Source: Trichosphaerium sp. ATCC 40318
Taxonomy: Eukaryota; Protista; Tubulinea
Assembly: GCA_038496445.1 (NCBI GenBank)
Contig: JALMLS010000378.1
Location: 248,001-312,000 of the forward strand
Direction of reading: 5' to 3'
Length of the DNA: 64,000 nt
Part shown: piece by piece, positions 16,050 to 30,300 of the stretch
Layout: the number at the start of each line of letters is the position of its first letter
How positions within the stretch are numbered: position 1 is the stretch's first letter
Made by a program: the position numbers and the translations under genes
The notes under the pieces: model-generated
What the model saw: the letters and a program-made list of their open reading frames with translations, nothing else
Told to the model about the DNA's origin: nothing
The model's database searches: none

Positions 16050-16973
16050 ATGAGCAAAAACCGCACATGTCACCTACTGCATGTATAGTACACTGGTAAG
16101 ACGCCAGCACCTTAACAAGAAGGTGATCAATATAAAATTTATTAACTGAACTATATTAGCAACACAATGATATCATGAAGTATTTCAATACTTGATTCGC
16201 CTCCAACTTTTAACTCCGTATCCATTCCACCTGCAAAACTCGTGGGCATAAAACATCTTCTCGTCTTCTCCTTTATTTGTTTAGCTTTTGCTCCTCTGTT
16301 GTACGCGCTTAATCCATTCAGAAGAACCATGAGTTCCAAGCACGTATGTTGTATGTTGCCGGTTTTGATTGTGTTTGTAAAAATACTATTTTACAGTTTC
16401 TATAGAGGTAGTCAGAGATACACAATATCAAACCTTCTAACTATTCTTGTTTTAGAACAAAAAACCATCCGCGGGCAAGCCCTAGTTGAGCTTTCAACTC
16501 TCTTCCAAATCGTTTTCAAAAGGAAATGTCAACCACTTTTATTTTGTAACGTTTTATCTGTTGGTGTTTGTTTTATAGTCTGGTTGGGTTATCCAGCATG
16601 TAAAAAGTGTGAATCAACGGTAAACTTCTAAAAACTGCTTCGGACTAGCAGTTCGATCACGTGCATGCGTATAAATCTGCGTTCATCTTCCTTATCAACG
16701 AATGTTGGATCAAATAACGTCTATCTTTTACAGTTACTGGGAAAAGCTTCTCTGGTACCTTTGTAATATTATTTTAGGCGTATTCAAGGTATTTATTGCG
16801 TTGTACCTCTTCTCCTATTTGTTGCTGTTCTTGAAGTCTTTTTTTTACAACCAACTTTACGCCACTTGTCTCTTCATCATTTCAGAATAACAAAGGCCTT
16901 CCATACATTATGACAATTTTGTTTCACCATTGACATAAACACTATCTCGACTGTCATTAATACATCGTATTAG

Positions 16974-17181
16974 ACATATCTTCTCGGTTTTTTATACTTG
17001 GACATGTCACTGTGTGACACAGATAACTTGTGCAACTAACGGAGTTTCAAATAGCTCATGTAGTTTATTAGATATCTTCGCATGTAAACCTCTTATTGAG
17101 ACATCTTCTTCTCATGTTTTATACTTGAACATGTCGCTGTGTGACACAGATAACTTCTTGCAGTTAATGGAGTTACTTAGC
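16974..17181. repeat. Imperfect direct repeat, 127-bp offset, palindromic core CTGTGT-G-ACACAG
   Basis: ctgtgtgacacagataactt at 17010-17029 and 17137-17156 with similar flanks. Confidence 0.8.
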
Positions 17182-17234
17182 ATAGAACTAAAACACTTAA
17201 GCGTGTATATGAATCTATTATTTCACAATATAGA

Positions 17235-17675
17235 ATGGACCCAACAACACCTCCTAAAAACACTCCTGTTTCAGAAAATAAGCGTCGATTAGACTATTTA
17301 AAAAATCAATACAAAACTGTTAGTGAACAACTTAAGGTGGCCAAACAATCGGCGAAGGAACAGCAGGAAAAGTATGACGAAGAACAGGCAGAACTTGCTA
17401 AGTTAAAAGAACAGGTTAGAATAGCAGTAGAAGAACTCGAACGTACAAAAGGTAACTGCCCCCACCTTAACAATACTTCCAAAATTATTGCGAGGATACT
17501 GAGGTCGATGCAAGAGCTAGACGAATTAGTTATAGAACGACACATCGCTCTAAATGCTCGTGCAGTTTACAAGGCTGTTTGTTCAGGTGACATGGCAACA
17601 GCGTACAACGCTGAAGGCGAAATCAGGGATTTTCACGAAATACTTGATGAAATTGATAGCGACCCAGAAGATTGA
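17235..17675 (+). CDS. Intronless coiled-coil protein of unknown function (146 aa)
   Basis: Open ATG-TGA frame with heptad-like E/K/Q-rich helix; AATAAA downstream. Confidence 0.55.
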   Translation: MDPTTPPKNTPVSENKRRLDYLKNQYKTVSEQLKVAKQSAKEQQEKYDEEQAELAKLKEQVRIAVEELERTKGNCPHLNNTSKIIARILRSMQELDELVIERHIALNARAVYKAVCSGDMATAYNAEGEIRDFHEILDEIDSDPED

Positions 17676-18204
17676 GACCATTGTATCGCTTTTCTAGTTC
17701 GTTTAATAAAGTACAGTTGTTTGTTTTTGCTTTGTTAAGGCTCCTCAATGTCCTACCAATTGTTGAAGTGATTATGTTCTTTCTCTGCTGTGACTATTTT
17801 TGATTGCTTATAATTTACTGACAAGGAAAAAATCTCATTGTAACAGATGGCTCAGGATAGCGAAAAATTAATTGTGACACGTGATTGTTTTGATTGTATA
17901 ACCATCTAAAAACTCAAAACTTGAACATACATCTTTTAGCCTACATCTCTTTAGCAGTTCGACAGTTTCAAATGTACGATAGTAGCATGTTCCATCCGGC
18001 ATGCGTTAGTGTAGATCGAAAATGGTAATTTGTAGTCGTTCTTGAAAAAGTCAATTTAGTTGGTTTTTCTTTCTTTTTGTAACGCCACCACGCGTAATTA
18101 TGTCGTCTTCAAGTACGTCTTCCATTAGCAGCTCTGAGACGAGATCTCCATCGAAGGTACTTTTTTTTTGTACATACAGCACGCTTACCAACGATAGACT
18201 CAAG

Positions 18205-20654
18205 ATGGCGCAAACCCACGCAAACGCAAGACTAACAAAAGCGGAGAAAACGACGATCAACCTAAAGAAACTACTACAGCCGAAGTACACAATAATATAG
18301 CGCAAAAACGGCGTAAAAAAGCAAAAGCAAAAAAAGACTTGAAAAAAAAGGTCATACCAGACAAATTCGACTATGATCAAGGTGAGGAATCATCTGGGAG
18401 CGAAGACTACGATCAAAACGCGCATCAAATTGATGACAAACAAAATGCGATCTTAAAGGATAAACGATACGCTTATAAGGCTGACAAACCTACTCTCGCC
18501 CATAAACTACGGTAAAAACCTTTTAACAATTATTTTTCAGACTTGCGGAAAAAAACGAATCAATACCACTGCAATCAAAAGCTCACTACGTTATTAGAAT
18601 AGATAGAGTAAATCCAGGGTTTTGGATTTTAGCCGTTTTAACGCCAGCAATATTTATTGCTGTTTTGTTCGCTGTTATACCTCTTGGTAACCCCCACTCT
18701 AAGAATATTGGCGAATACTGGGTTGTAGCTTTTATAACCATCCCTGTTGGGTACGTCACGTGCCAAGATGCCATTAAACGACTTTCAGCACTGTGTGAGA
18801 GACTCCGTAGTGTTTGTATCTCATATTTATTTTGTTCCGTGATATCACCTTTTTTGATTTAATTGTTTACCATAGGTATGCTGCTGCATCTTATCTAAAT
18901 ATTGCTATTTTTCTAGCAACTATGGGTGTACAAAGACCTTTTATATCAAATTGGAAAGTAGTTCTTGTTGTTTTTGTATTAGAACTTATTCTTGCTAATG
19001 TCACGTGGCCTTTGGCAGGACGTTATGATCTCAATGGATTTGTAGCGTACAGTGTAGCTTATATTGCAACTTTTGTTGGTGCGTCAATAATTAATCATTC
19101 CTGCTTTTTTATTAAAAGCCAACGCGTCCTATGCTTTCTTACATATAATACCTTCGTTGTAAATTATATGAGCAAGTTTTATTCAAAGGATAGCTAAGTA
19201 GCAAGGGGTTAAGAAAGTTGTTTTTTTTTGTTTTTTTTTTTTTTCATCAATGCTTTATTACCTCTACTTACACTTCGTTACAGGTATTTTTATCGTTGAG
19301 AAGGCTCATTTAAAAGCATTGGGCGCTGATAATTTAGATAAATTCAAGCCGTTTTTTTTCCAGTATCTCAAAGTAGTTGCTATTATTGGAAGTTTCTACA
19401 TTGTACTGGTGTTGTACATTTTTGGGTTTAGATTATTGGGTCCAGTCGGTCAATCAGTCTTGCCTTTGGTTGTTTCTTTCGCATTTGCTTTCTTCTTCCG
19501 TAAGGCTATATTGTCTTTTACGGATCCGTTTCCAATTGAGACAGCTCAACTGCTTGCTGGTTTCATTATCAACAATATGGAGGATGTAGTACGTTATTTG
19601 TTTTTCGAAAATCTAAGTGTCTTTATATTTCTCACTTTCAATTAGTTTACAGTATTGGCTTTCCCTTCTATTACAGATCCATCAGTTCTTATTGCACTAT
19701 TTGCAAGATCTTTCTTTGGTGATATTGCCAATGTCTTCTTCTTTACAGACTTATGGATGCACTTCCGGTTAGTTTAAGCTAAAAACGAAACTTAAAGAAA
19801 ACTTATCTTTAACAAATTAGTGTTTGGATCAAAGCATGGCTGAAGAGACTCTTCACTTGTAGATATCAATGTTGTCCAGTAGAAGCTAAAATTATTTATA
19901 AAAATGACCCAGAGGATAGAGGTCATAGTAATAACCATCCAGGGTATTTAAGAAGACAGGTACAAAGAAATTAGTGAATGATGATTTTTTTTCTAAAAGT
20001 TATTTCTTTAAGGCTCGCTTCTTGCTTTGGAAACTTCTCAGCTCAGTCATGGTACCACTAAAACATTTACAGTTTCGCCTTGGAATCTACTATGTTAATC
20101 AAAGTAATAGGCTTCATTGTTTTATCTCATAAATGTGCCTATCTTGCGCTTTGGTTTAAATAAGAAATTCTTTCCTTATAACGAATTTGAGATGACTTCA
20201 GATCAATTCGTGAACAGTATCTACTTTACTATAGGAAGTGTATTTGTCAGTATAGTCACAACAGCTGTAGCTGCATTATTTGTAAAGTATGTATCTTTTA
20301 GAGAAGACGAAAAGTACTTGTAGGACTGTCACACTCAATCGTGTATTTAGGATAACTCGACCTCAAATCTACACTGATTTGACAAAGATTTTTAGACGAC
20401 TCCTTACAGAAAAAATATACATTGCTCTAGTTGTTGCTATTGTTACTACAAATGGAGCTCTTGCTTTGACAATTATTTTGTACCATTCAGCTATTTGGTA
20501 CGTTAGATAAAACATTTGAAACAAAAAAGTGTTTTTATTCTGAATGACTTTTATTTCTGACTTTGCTACGTTTAGGTATGCTTTCCTAGATGCAGCACAA
20601 CAATTCCCTGCAACTCTTATCATTCCTGTTAATGCTACAATGGCTCCTATTTAA
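18205..20654 (+). CDS. Multi-exon polytopic membrane protein, unknown family
   Basis: Hydrophilic N-terminus then roughly ten or more hydrophobic segments across GT-AG-linked exons; ends NATMAPI*. Confidence 0.7.
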
Positions 20655-20917
20655 AAATTAAAATGTAATGTGACGCTAATTGGCGTTTGTATAGTGAACA
20701 ACAATGAAGTAGATGTAGTATTTTGTGTAAAAGTTTTTTGGTTTTTATTGGCTTGGCATCTCCTCGGTCGCCTTGAGAACATCTTTAGCTTATGTTGATG
20801 AAAGTTGAAAGGCTATGGTTGTAAAATACAAGTTAGCAGATGATCGATTTAAGTGTCACATTTAGTTTGTGTTAAGGAAGGCTTCGTGATACATAATTGT
20901 CAGTTTCAACAGTCGCA

Positions 20918-23716
20918 ATGTCGGATAAAGGAAAGGAGGAAGATATACAACAGGACGAAAGCCCGCAAGAGAGCAATAGCAAACTTTTATTTGATGATGA
21001 AGAGATAGAAACGCGGTTAGCGCTAAAAGACCTTCCATTCGCTCAAGTATGTGGTTTTGGCTGTAACTGACGTTAAAGTATAATTAACTGTTACAACAAG
21101 GTTACCGTCTTTAAAGACCGAGCTGAAGTGACAAGGCCAATAGATATTGCGTTAAGAGCTGGTACGGTTATTATTTGAAAACACAAAAGCTCAAACATCG
21201 TTAGGCAAAAATAAAATCATCGTTTACGGCTTTCCAGATACAATAGATCCCGTACGTAACTATGACAAAAAACCGGTTTTCGGCCTGAAATTTTTTCTCT
21301 TCAAAACCAAAATGTTATTAACCGCCTTTTCTGCAGGATACAGCACGCGCAAAAGGCGGTCAAGGCAATGCTACACTCCTTGAGGTACTTTTAGACGAGA
21401 AAAACGAAGAATTAACTTTATCTTTAGGTTACTTTCAATAAAGTAGCCTTATCTGCAAAAGAAAAGGCTTTCGACGAGAGCAAACAAGATGAGGACGAAA
21501 CGCAGTACGTTATAATTGATTCATTGTCCTCCAAATAAAAAAAAAACGGAAACGAAAAAAAGAAAGCTAGAAAAAAAGCTTTAAACGTTCTCAAAGTCAG
21601 TTAGCCAACTGCGATTGTACTTGGATTTTTTTTATTGATTTTGTGTTAGCAAAGCCTTAAGGCTATTGGCAAAGGAGAAAAAGTCATTACAACGGGCAGC
21701 AGCACGTCTTAAAGTACGTATGCTTTAAATCATAAAATCAAAAAATTATCACGTGACAAACTAATTTTTTTCTTTCAAATTAGACTGAACGAGGGTGGAT
21801 TGATGGATGGGCTGAAGCAGTTAGAAACCCATCAAAAGGAGAGGATGTCATGGCTATGATGTCTAACGCAAACTTTGAGTCTGTTGGGAAGTTCTTGACG
21901 TTCTATCAAGATAGACTAGCGTCCCTAGATGTAAAGGAAGCAGAAAATAAGAAAGAACTCGCACGTATGTTTCTATGCTCTGAGCAAACAATTGTTTGTT
22001 CATTTTTTCCATTAGGTGTTGCTGGTGAGATAGATCACTTGGAGAAGAACAAAGGAAAAGCAAAACAAGTTCAAAGAGAAGTGCATATTACTCTTCAAGT
22101 TCATGAAGACACAAAGGTTTGCATATATTTACTTGTGAAAAAGATGTCGGTTTATTTATTTTTTTCAAAAATAGGTTTCGTTACCTCTTCAATATCTTGT
22201 TTCTGGTGCTTCGTGGGATGCCGAATATAATTTACGTCTTAACACTGATTCTGCTGAACTACAAATTCAATACTTTGGCATGATCTCTAATAAGACAAAA
22301 GAAGACTGGACAGATGTACGACTTAAACTAAATCTTTCTTTGTTGTTCTTAGACCTTTTAATCAAAAATGTGCTCATATTTTTTACAGAGTCGTATTTTC
22401 TTGTCTACTGCGGAGCCATCTGCTGGAGGAAAACCACCAGATCTACCAGCTAAATATTTGTCACTTCGTAACCCATCACAATATCGACACACATCCGCCA
22501 GAAACAGCAGCATGACAAATCCTGTGATGAATTTGGCAATGACGCAAACAGCAATGTACAATGCTGCGCCTTCAGCGGCCTATGCGCTATCGGATGTCGA
22601 TGAATGTGACGATGGAGCTGACATCCCTACAAATTTAGCTGTTGCTGAAACTGTTGCTACAAAAGGATCAACATCAACAACCTTTGAAATTCCTCGTGAA
22701 GCCACAATTCCATACGAGAAGAGTGGAGAAAGAAAACACAAGGTACCCCTTAGAGAAAGCCGTTAGACCCTTACATATTTCTTAAAGGTGACTGTTGGTA
22801 TAATGGTATTCGAGGCGAAGTTTGTATACACCACAGTTCCGATGGTAAGTTGTTTTTTTGTCTTTTTTTTTTTTTGATGTTTGAGTTTGTACTAACCTTT
22901 AACTTTAGCTTGAACAAAAAGCTTATTTGCGTGCTGATATGACTCATAAAGGAGATTACATTATATTACCTGGACCTTATAGGTATTTTGTTATTTCGAT
23001 GTTGTTCACTGTGTGCTGACATCGTTTTTTTAAACAGGGTGTTTATGGATAATAACTTGGTATCAAAATCTAATTTTAAGCAAGTGAGTCCAGGAGAGAA
23101 ATTTACAGTATTCCTTGGTGCAGATGATGAAATTAAAGTTGAGCTTAACAAAATTGATGATAAGAAAGGTACTTCTGGTTCATGGATAGGAAAGGTCAAT
23201 CAAAAAGTACGCACGACCCATTTTTGATGTTCATTGGTTGTTTTTTTTTCCTTGATTTCTGATGGACGTTTTTTAGGAAGTTGCCAATGAGTTTATTGTT
23301 AAGAATTTAAAGGATAAGCCTTATAAAGTATTCATATATGCTGCATTACCTCAAACAACTATATCCAAAATAAAGGTCAAATGCATCGAGCCAAAGTTTG
23401 ATGTACGTCAACAATTTTCCTTTTGAGCGTTAACATTGTTTTGCCTTTGTGTTTTTTGACGCGTTGCATAACCAATGAGGCTTGCCTCAAGATGGCAACG
23501 AGATTTTAACACAACAGCATACAGACGAGACTCAATCAAGTAATCTTTCATATGACTGACTTTTTTGTGTAGGAAGACAATGCTAATGTCAAGCAAACTG
23601 AAATGGGTAATATTGAGTGGAATTTTACAATCAAGCCTGGAAAGAAAAAGGTTGTAAAGAGTCATTACCTTATTGAGTTCCCAAAAGGCTCAACCATCTA
23701 CGAAGCCAATAGCTAA
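20918..23716 (+). CDS. DUF4140/DUF4139 family protein
   Basis: VTVFKDRAEVTR, YLVSGASWDAEY, EDWTD..LSTAEP, VSPGEKFTVFLGAD motifs with a coiled-coil middle. Confidence 0.8.
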
Positions 23717-23849
23717 AATATTTGTATGCAACGGATTCAAAAAGTAATAAAAATAGACTTAATATTAAGTACACTATTTCACGTCCATTCTATGTCAATA
23801 CAAGTTTTTGATTGATAATAATAGACAGCTTATAGTCTCCAACTATCAA

Positions 23850-24612
23850 ATGGTTTCTTGAGAATCTCAAAACCATCCACAACAGGTGTAAGTGTGAATC
23901 TGAAAAAAATGAGAAAACTTCTACCGACGTTGGAGTGCTGCGTAGAATCTCAATTATGGTTCTCCATGGTATGCTCCGCATACACTCAAACACTTTTGTG
24001 CATTTACTTGAGTGCAATTGAACTTGCGCTGAACAACATCTGCTGTTCTCTCGCCTTAAAAGATACACCATTAGCGCTACAACTCAATCCTCGCTTACTC
24101 CTTTCTTATGTTATTGTCTGAAAACCACCAGATTGAATAATAGCTTTATTGTATAAATGATATGAATGAGGCATGGCATTACCATGTGATACATCAGAGA
24201 AAATCAATTGAAAAAAGCCAATGTAAACCACCCAAAAGTGTAATATCATTCGGGTTCCCGCCAAAGTGTTCAACGTTGTCTTGTACCCACTGCAATACCA
24301 TACGTTGATCAAGTAAACCGTAGTTTCCTACAGAAGGGTAGCTGGATCATCACCCCTAAAGTACCTAAGTGAATAGAAACGAGCTACTTGTTTAGCATAC
24401 TGTTACAACTATGTTACCAGTTGTTTGAGCAATATAACTGCTATTAAACGTTTTATCACTTCCAGTACCAGTCTGTTGCAATAATAAGAATACAATAAAC
24501 TCGCGCATGTCAACATACTTCAAAAGCGCCGCCCGTGAATCCAAAGCATGACTGGCCTAATACTAACAACATCTCTTGGTGTCCATATATTGAGATGCAA
24601 ACAGTCTTCGTT
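23850..24612 (-). pseudogene. Type-B carboxylesterase pseudogene
   Basis: EDCLHLNIWTP, PVMLWIHG(frameshift)[36 protein letters not shown]; the NYRLG segment and catalytic GxSAG are missing. Confidence 0.8.
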
Positions 24613-24811
24613 CTCTTCTGATTCTAGCGCTTCTTCTGTCTAGTCTTCGTTCTTTAGTGCTCTAGTAAATTGCATTTCCTTGCCACAAATCAGTTAATCA
24701 GTATACCAAGCGCATGTAGCCCAACGTTGATTTTTGTGGCGCAGTTTTAGTTTGTAACTTTCATTTCAAAGTCAACTTTTGTCACAAAACTAGTTTCTAC
24801 TCATTATACAG

Positions 24812-25768
24812 ATGGAAGCCAAAAAAATAAAACATAAGTCTCTAGCTTGTCAGCAACCTGGCAAAAGACTGTTAGTACCTAAAACTGATAATTCGATACA
24901 AACCTTGCCACCAGAGACACTAACAGCTATTTTGGGCTGTTTAGATAGAAAACACCGTATTACAACTTCTGCAGTATCTCACCTTTTTAACAACATTATT
25001 CGACATAACATTGGCTTTAATTACATCTCTTTAAGAAGTTCATTAGACTGTCGTACTTTAAAAGGCAGTCCGTTGCTTAAAAATACAGAAATAAAGTGTA
25101 ACATGTTGAGCCTATCAGAAGAAGACTTTGGCTGCCTTTGTGGTGTTCGCTCCATAACTCTACCGGATACAAAAGTAACAGATGGTTGTATACTTGCAAT
25201 GATGCAAGGAGGTAAACAAACAATTCATACAATCCGCTTTGATGGTGCAGAGATAACAGATGTCTCTTTGAAAGTCCTTTCATCTGCACACACTATTCAG
25301 CTTGATTTTTGTTTCAATATTACTGCTGAAGGAATAAACAAGCTCAAAGATTGCCATTGCATTACACTTGAAAATCCAAGAGATGATTGGCTCAAGAACC
25401 TTGGTGACGTGCATACAGTTAAAATAGGGAGCGCAGAGTGGATTACAAATAATGGTATCAAAGCACTTACTAATGTAAAAAAGCTAGACATTAATTTTTT
25501 TAATGGTGTAGAAGGTTTGAAGCACTTTGTCAATCTAGAAAGCCTTGTGATTCGCAATTGTAGCAAAATAACTGATGAAACATTGAAATGTTTGATAAAC
25601 CTTGAAGAGCTTGGGATTGTGTATTGTGGTAAAAAGATAACAAATGATTGTTTGAGTTTCTTAAAACAGCTTAAAAGAATTCAAGTTGTAGGCCGTGAGT
25701 GCCAAATTACAAAAAAGGGTACCGCTGCACTGGATATATACTATAGCAAACAAAATTTCATCAATTGA
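24812..25768 (+). CDS. Intronless F-box/leucine-rich repeat protein
   Basis: IQTLPPETLTAILGCL...SAVSHLF F-box followed by LRRs (CSKITDETLKCL, ITNNGIKAL). Confidence 0.85.
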   Translation: MEAKKIKHKSLACQQPGKRLLVPKTDNSIQTLPPETLTAILGCLDRKHRITTSAVSHLFNNIIRHNIGFNYISLRSSLDCRTLKGSPLLKNTEIKCNMLSLSEEDFGCLCGVRSITLPDTKVTDGCILAMMQGGKQTIHTIRFDGAEITDVSLKVLSSAHTIQLDFCFNITAEGINKLKDCHCITLENPRDDWLKNLGDVHTVKIGSAEWITNNGIKALTNVKKLDINFFNGVEGLKHFVNLESLVIRNCSKITDETLKCLINLEELGIVYCGKKITNDCLSFLKQLKRIQVVGRECQITKKGTAALDIYYSKQNFIN

Positions 25769-25999
25769 CTGTGAAACAACTTAGTCACGTGTTCAATAAA
25801 CAAAACAAGCCTAATTGCAGTTCAAATATTCTTTGAATAACACTCACTGAAGTAACTATTGAGCCACATACTCTTCAAAACGTACACTTGAAATCAAGAA
25901 CAATTCTAGTTTTAAAATTCTCTTTCTTTTTTTTGCAAAGCACGTTCACTATTTTTTCTACAAGTGTACAGAAGAACAATATCTTACAAGGCTTTTCTG

Positions 26000-27263
26000 T
26001 AATTAGCTGTTCATCTCAGTTGTACTCAAAAACTCATAGCGATCTTGCTTATGTAGTTAGAATTGTGAGTGAAATATAAAGCATCTCCGTGTGGTATCGC
26101 ACCCTTCAAATCAACAACTCCATTGATCTTGATTTCAAGTATATCTTTTGACTCAATAAACAAGCAAAACAAGCTGTTCACACCACCAAAAAATAAACAC
26201 CCTAAAATAAGTAGTAAGCTTCTTAGCTTTTGCGTTTACTTGGTATACCTTTAGCATATGAGCAAGTATGAAATGCACGTTTATAACGTGACATATCATA
26301 GAATAATTCTGTTACAAAGTTCTTGTTTGTTTTATAAATGTTGTCCGAGCAGGCATAGTAGATGTTTTGATTATCATCAATTGCTATCCCACACGATAAA
26401 TCTTCATATTGTGGTAAGGAAGGAAACTTATTCGGGCTTAAAGAGGGGCATTCAGTCATGTGAGGGTGTTTAACATAGTTTACATCGTTTTCTGAACAGA
26501 AGAAAACATGGCCACAAGAAACTACAACAGATAACACCCAATAGAATCCTTTACTCTGGAAAAGATGTTTGAGCTCTCCAGACTTGCTATCCAAATACAC
26601 AACCCTCTAAATATCCTTGAATAAGTTGTACTTTTTATTTTTGAATGAAAAAATCACGTGGAGTTATTTTAAAAGAACATACACTGTTTGCAGAGTCTGC
26701 GATAAATATATTATTCATCTTGTCAACTGCAGTACCATGAGGGAATCTTATCTTACCAACTGTTGCTTTGAAGGTACTGACTTGATTTGTTTTCATACAT
26801 AACTTGCGTATCAAATTGTTTGAATTGTCAGTGATAATGAGCTAAACGAACGTATGTTAGGAAAGGAGGCTACTCTACAATCTCAACTCCTTAAAATTAA
26901 TTAGAATCAATGCATACATCACCATTATTATCAAATGTCAGACCCCTAATGTCATTAAACTTTGCAGCTGCCAGTGCATCTCCTAGTTCCATCAGTTGAT
27001 ATTACTAACAATAAAGAGAGGGTACCATCTTCGTATCCAAGCCCACTTCCAGCTACTTTTATGGGGTTATGGTCGTTATTGAGGAACTATTGGAATAAAT
27101 AAGTGGGTGGTGATGGTAGAACGTTTACTTTGTATAGAGGACATGATTTAGCTATTGACGCCAACAATGAGCAAGAGAGCATTGTGTTTCTTAAATACGA
27201 TGGGCTGTTAACATGTTCAATGATATACAGTAGTATTTCAGGTGGCAACCGCTCCATCATGAG
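26000..27263 (-). pseudogene. F-box/NHL-repeat (beta-propeller) pseudogene
   Basis: MERLPPEILLYII F-box, premature TAG at 27087, then AGSGLGYEDG, AAKFNDIRGLTFDNNGDV and CGIAIDDNQNIYY NHL-like motifs in shifting frames. Confidence 0.65.
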
Positions 27264-27335
27264 CACTGTAAACTCAAATAAGTTATGTTGCAGCATTTAA
27301 GCGAGATTAATAAGATACATCAAAGAGACATCAAA

Positions 27336-30300
27336 ATGCGTACAGTACAATGTTACTGGTTGATTTGTTTGATATTCGCCACTGTTGTACGGTGTTATAG
27401 TCCCCATAGCCCTGGTACTCCTAGCAAAGTTATCAGAGTGACAGGTATTGAAAAGCAGGAGCTGGCAATGTATTTGAGGTAATTTTAGAACGGTTTTATT
27501 TTTATCTCCTAAAAACGTGTCAGTAACGGTTTCGTATCTTCACATAATAAAGCACCATGCACAGTAACGATTTCGAAGCTTCCTTCACGTGGTAAGTTCA
27601 AAAAAACCCAAAGCATTCATCCACCCTGACACGTGCGGTTAAAGGAGAATTATATCAAACACTTGATGGTATAACACGCCATGGTCATATTTTAGAGTGC
27701 GTTAAAACGAAAATAATGGTTTTCGGCTCAAGAAATTAAAACTCCACTAGAAATGGTATCAAAGTGAGCGATCCGCACCATCGAGTGATATACTATCATT
27801 TCTCTAACGTCCACAACGACGATTATTTCGAGTTTGAAATGCAACAAGCAGATAAACCTAAACAGATTATAGGTGTACAAATAGAGTTACAGGTAATATT
27901 TTTAGTTGCGTTAAAGGGCTTTGATCTTTTAAACATATTTTTCCGGCATCATTTTTTTGGACACATCATTAACAGTTTTTTTGTTTCAGAGCAAAGATAC
28001 CAAGAGTTGCCACAAAGAAGATGAAATACAGGTCATGGGAGAAGTAGGGCGCATTGATGCTACACACACTGAAGTTCAAGTAACCTTTCAAGCACGTGCT
28101 CTTTAGTGAAAAGAAAAGTCTGATTTCGTTTAGCAAGAATACACCAATCCTGTTGTTATCGCTCAACCAATTTCTTACAATGGTTCGTTATTTTATCCCT
28201 CTCATTATTTCAGCTTTTATCGTGATATTTGTAACGTGATTGCTTTCTCATTTTGTGTTTAGCTGGTGATGTTACAATACCACGTATTTCTTCAGTGACT
28301 GGAACTGGATTTACTATACAGCTACAAGAAGCAAGTAAACATGATGGGATTCACACACATGAGAATTTTAGCTACATTGTCTTGGAATCAGGTTCGTTTA
28401 TGTTTTCTATTATTTGTACTAACATAAGGCAAGGCGTTTGGTGGATACCTGACGCAGATGGGAAGCCGGGAAAAGTACTTGAGGTTGGTAAAATACTGAC
28501 GGCAAAGACAGTTGTTCCAGGCTCGAGGGAGGTAAGAAACCGACTTTTCGAGAGTGTACACTACAGTGACGAAAATATGTTTGAAAAAACGCCTGTTGTT
28601 ATCACTCAAGTCCAAACAAAGAATGATCCAGATCTTGTAAAGACAAGGTAATTTCTTAGGCATCTTTGTTTGATTCATCGTTCTTACACTTTCCCTCAAG
28701 ACAACAACATACAACCACAAGTGCGTTCCGAGTCACTCTTGAAGAGGAAGATACAAACGTATACTCTCATGGTGCTGAAATAGTTGGATGGGTTGCTATG
28801 GATTATGGCCGTTACAAGGTAACATTAACAAAAATTTTGATATTCACATCTTAAATGGTATTGTACATAGTGGTCAGACTTAAATGTTGAGGCTAAGAGT
28901 ATGGGTTATTTATATTCTGATTTCTTCCATCGTTTGGACTGGAATGGATTGGATTTTCCACAGAATCCACCATATTTCGTCGCTATTTTGTCCACTTTTA
29001 GAGGTAGGCTCTTACTCCTTTCTTGCTTTTTTGCCTCTCACAGTTTTTTAGGCCTTGATTCATCACCGGCACATTTACGGTATGCTAACTTGACTCATAC
29101 TCGCGTAAAAGTACGCATTGAAGAGGATACTACAAGAGACAAAGAAGAAAACGCCAGAAGTGTACTGCAGTACGGCCCAACCAGGTACCCAAATTGTCTA
29201 GAAAATGAGTCAGATTGTAGCGATGTTTCTTATTGTTTTCTGTAGCCCGCCAAAATTTGAATCAATCTATTATATTGCCATTCAAGATTCTTCTAGGGTA
29301 TTAAACTATTTTTGTTTTTTTGTTTATACTACTAGTTAAAATATGTACTAACTATGTTCGGTAGACTCTTTTGAGTGCCTACAATGTTCGTTGCTTCGTT
29401 GATGATCCAGAGGCTCCTGAATTAGATTACAGTGTTAACAGTGGTGATGTACGGCTCATTGACTTGTTAGATGATGAGCAAGAGAGTCTTAACTTTGTTG
29501 TATGATTCCAAAAGAAGTGTTGATGTTCTTATTCCAATACTTTAGGTATCGATTGAAAGACTACCTGAAAAAGGACAGTTGTTTCAATATCACGAGTCAA
29601 GCGATCCATCTCACATGGATAAAAATTCTTCAATTAATGTGGCTGGGTATAATGGCATTGGTATATCTTGTGCATCTAATCTAATAGCCATTTACTAATA
29701 TAACCTTGATTAGTGAAAGACAAAGGAGGCAGAGTATTTTACAAGGCATACAATAGTGAGAGATACGATGAAGATGAGTTCGAGTACAAATGTATTCCTT
29801 TCTCTTTCTGATGTTAATTGTTTCGTTCTTATTTTCTTTAAGTTACTGTTGCTTCGAAGATTTCTAAAGCAGCACGTGTTCGTATAACTATCCTTACAGA
29901 TGGAGAAGTAATGACAGCCTCTCCAACAAAACCACCGTCTGAGTAAGTATTGTTATTGTACCAAAAGGGTGTTAACTTTGCTTTTAGCAACAGAAACTTA
30001 CATCATGATGATTCGTCCAAACCCTCAACTGGGCGTTCAACCTCTAGTCTCATATTCAACGTGATACTTCTTTTGACATTGATCGCATTATCTACATTGT
30101 TCACACTCTTCTTGTTATCAGGTAATCCTTTTTTTTAACAAACAAGAGATGGCTAAGTTTTGTAACACAGGACGAATTCAGAGCATAAGAAGTTGTGTCA
30201 CCATCGTTTTTCCTGAATCTATACTTCCTCCACTATCTTTTGAAACAAGATCACCTGAATATAAACCTCTTGATAATCTTCTTGCTGTTGTTGAAGATGA

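Noticed and set aside
16049-16140. GTATGAG after the tRNA fragment as a spliceosomal intron or split tRNA
   Set aside because: No matching 3' tRNA half (TCAAGTCCCGTCGGGGAC) was seen on the + strand in the window
16050-16970. Decayed non-LTR retrotransposon on the minus strand
   Set aside because: Only vague resemblance to a C-terminal zinc-knuckle region; no RT or endonuclease motif could be read
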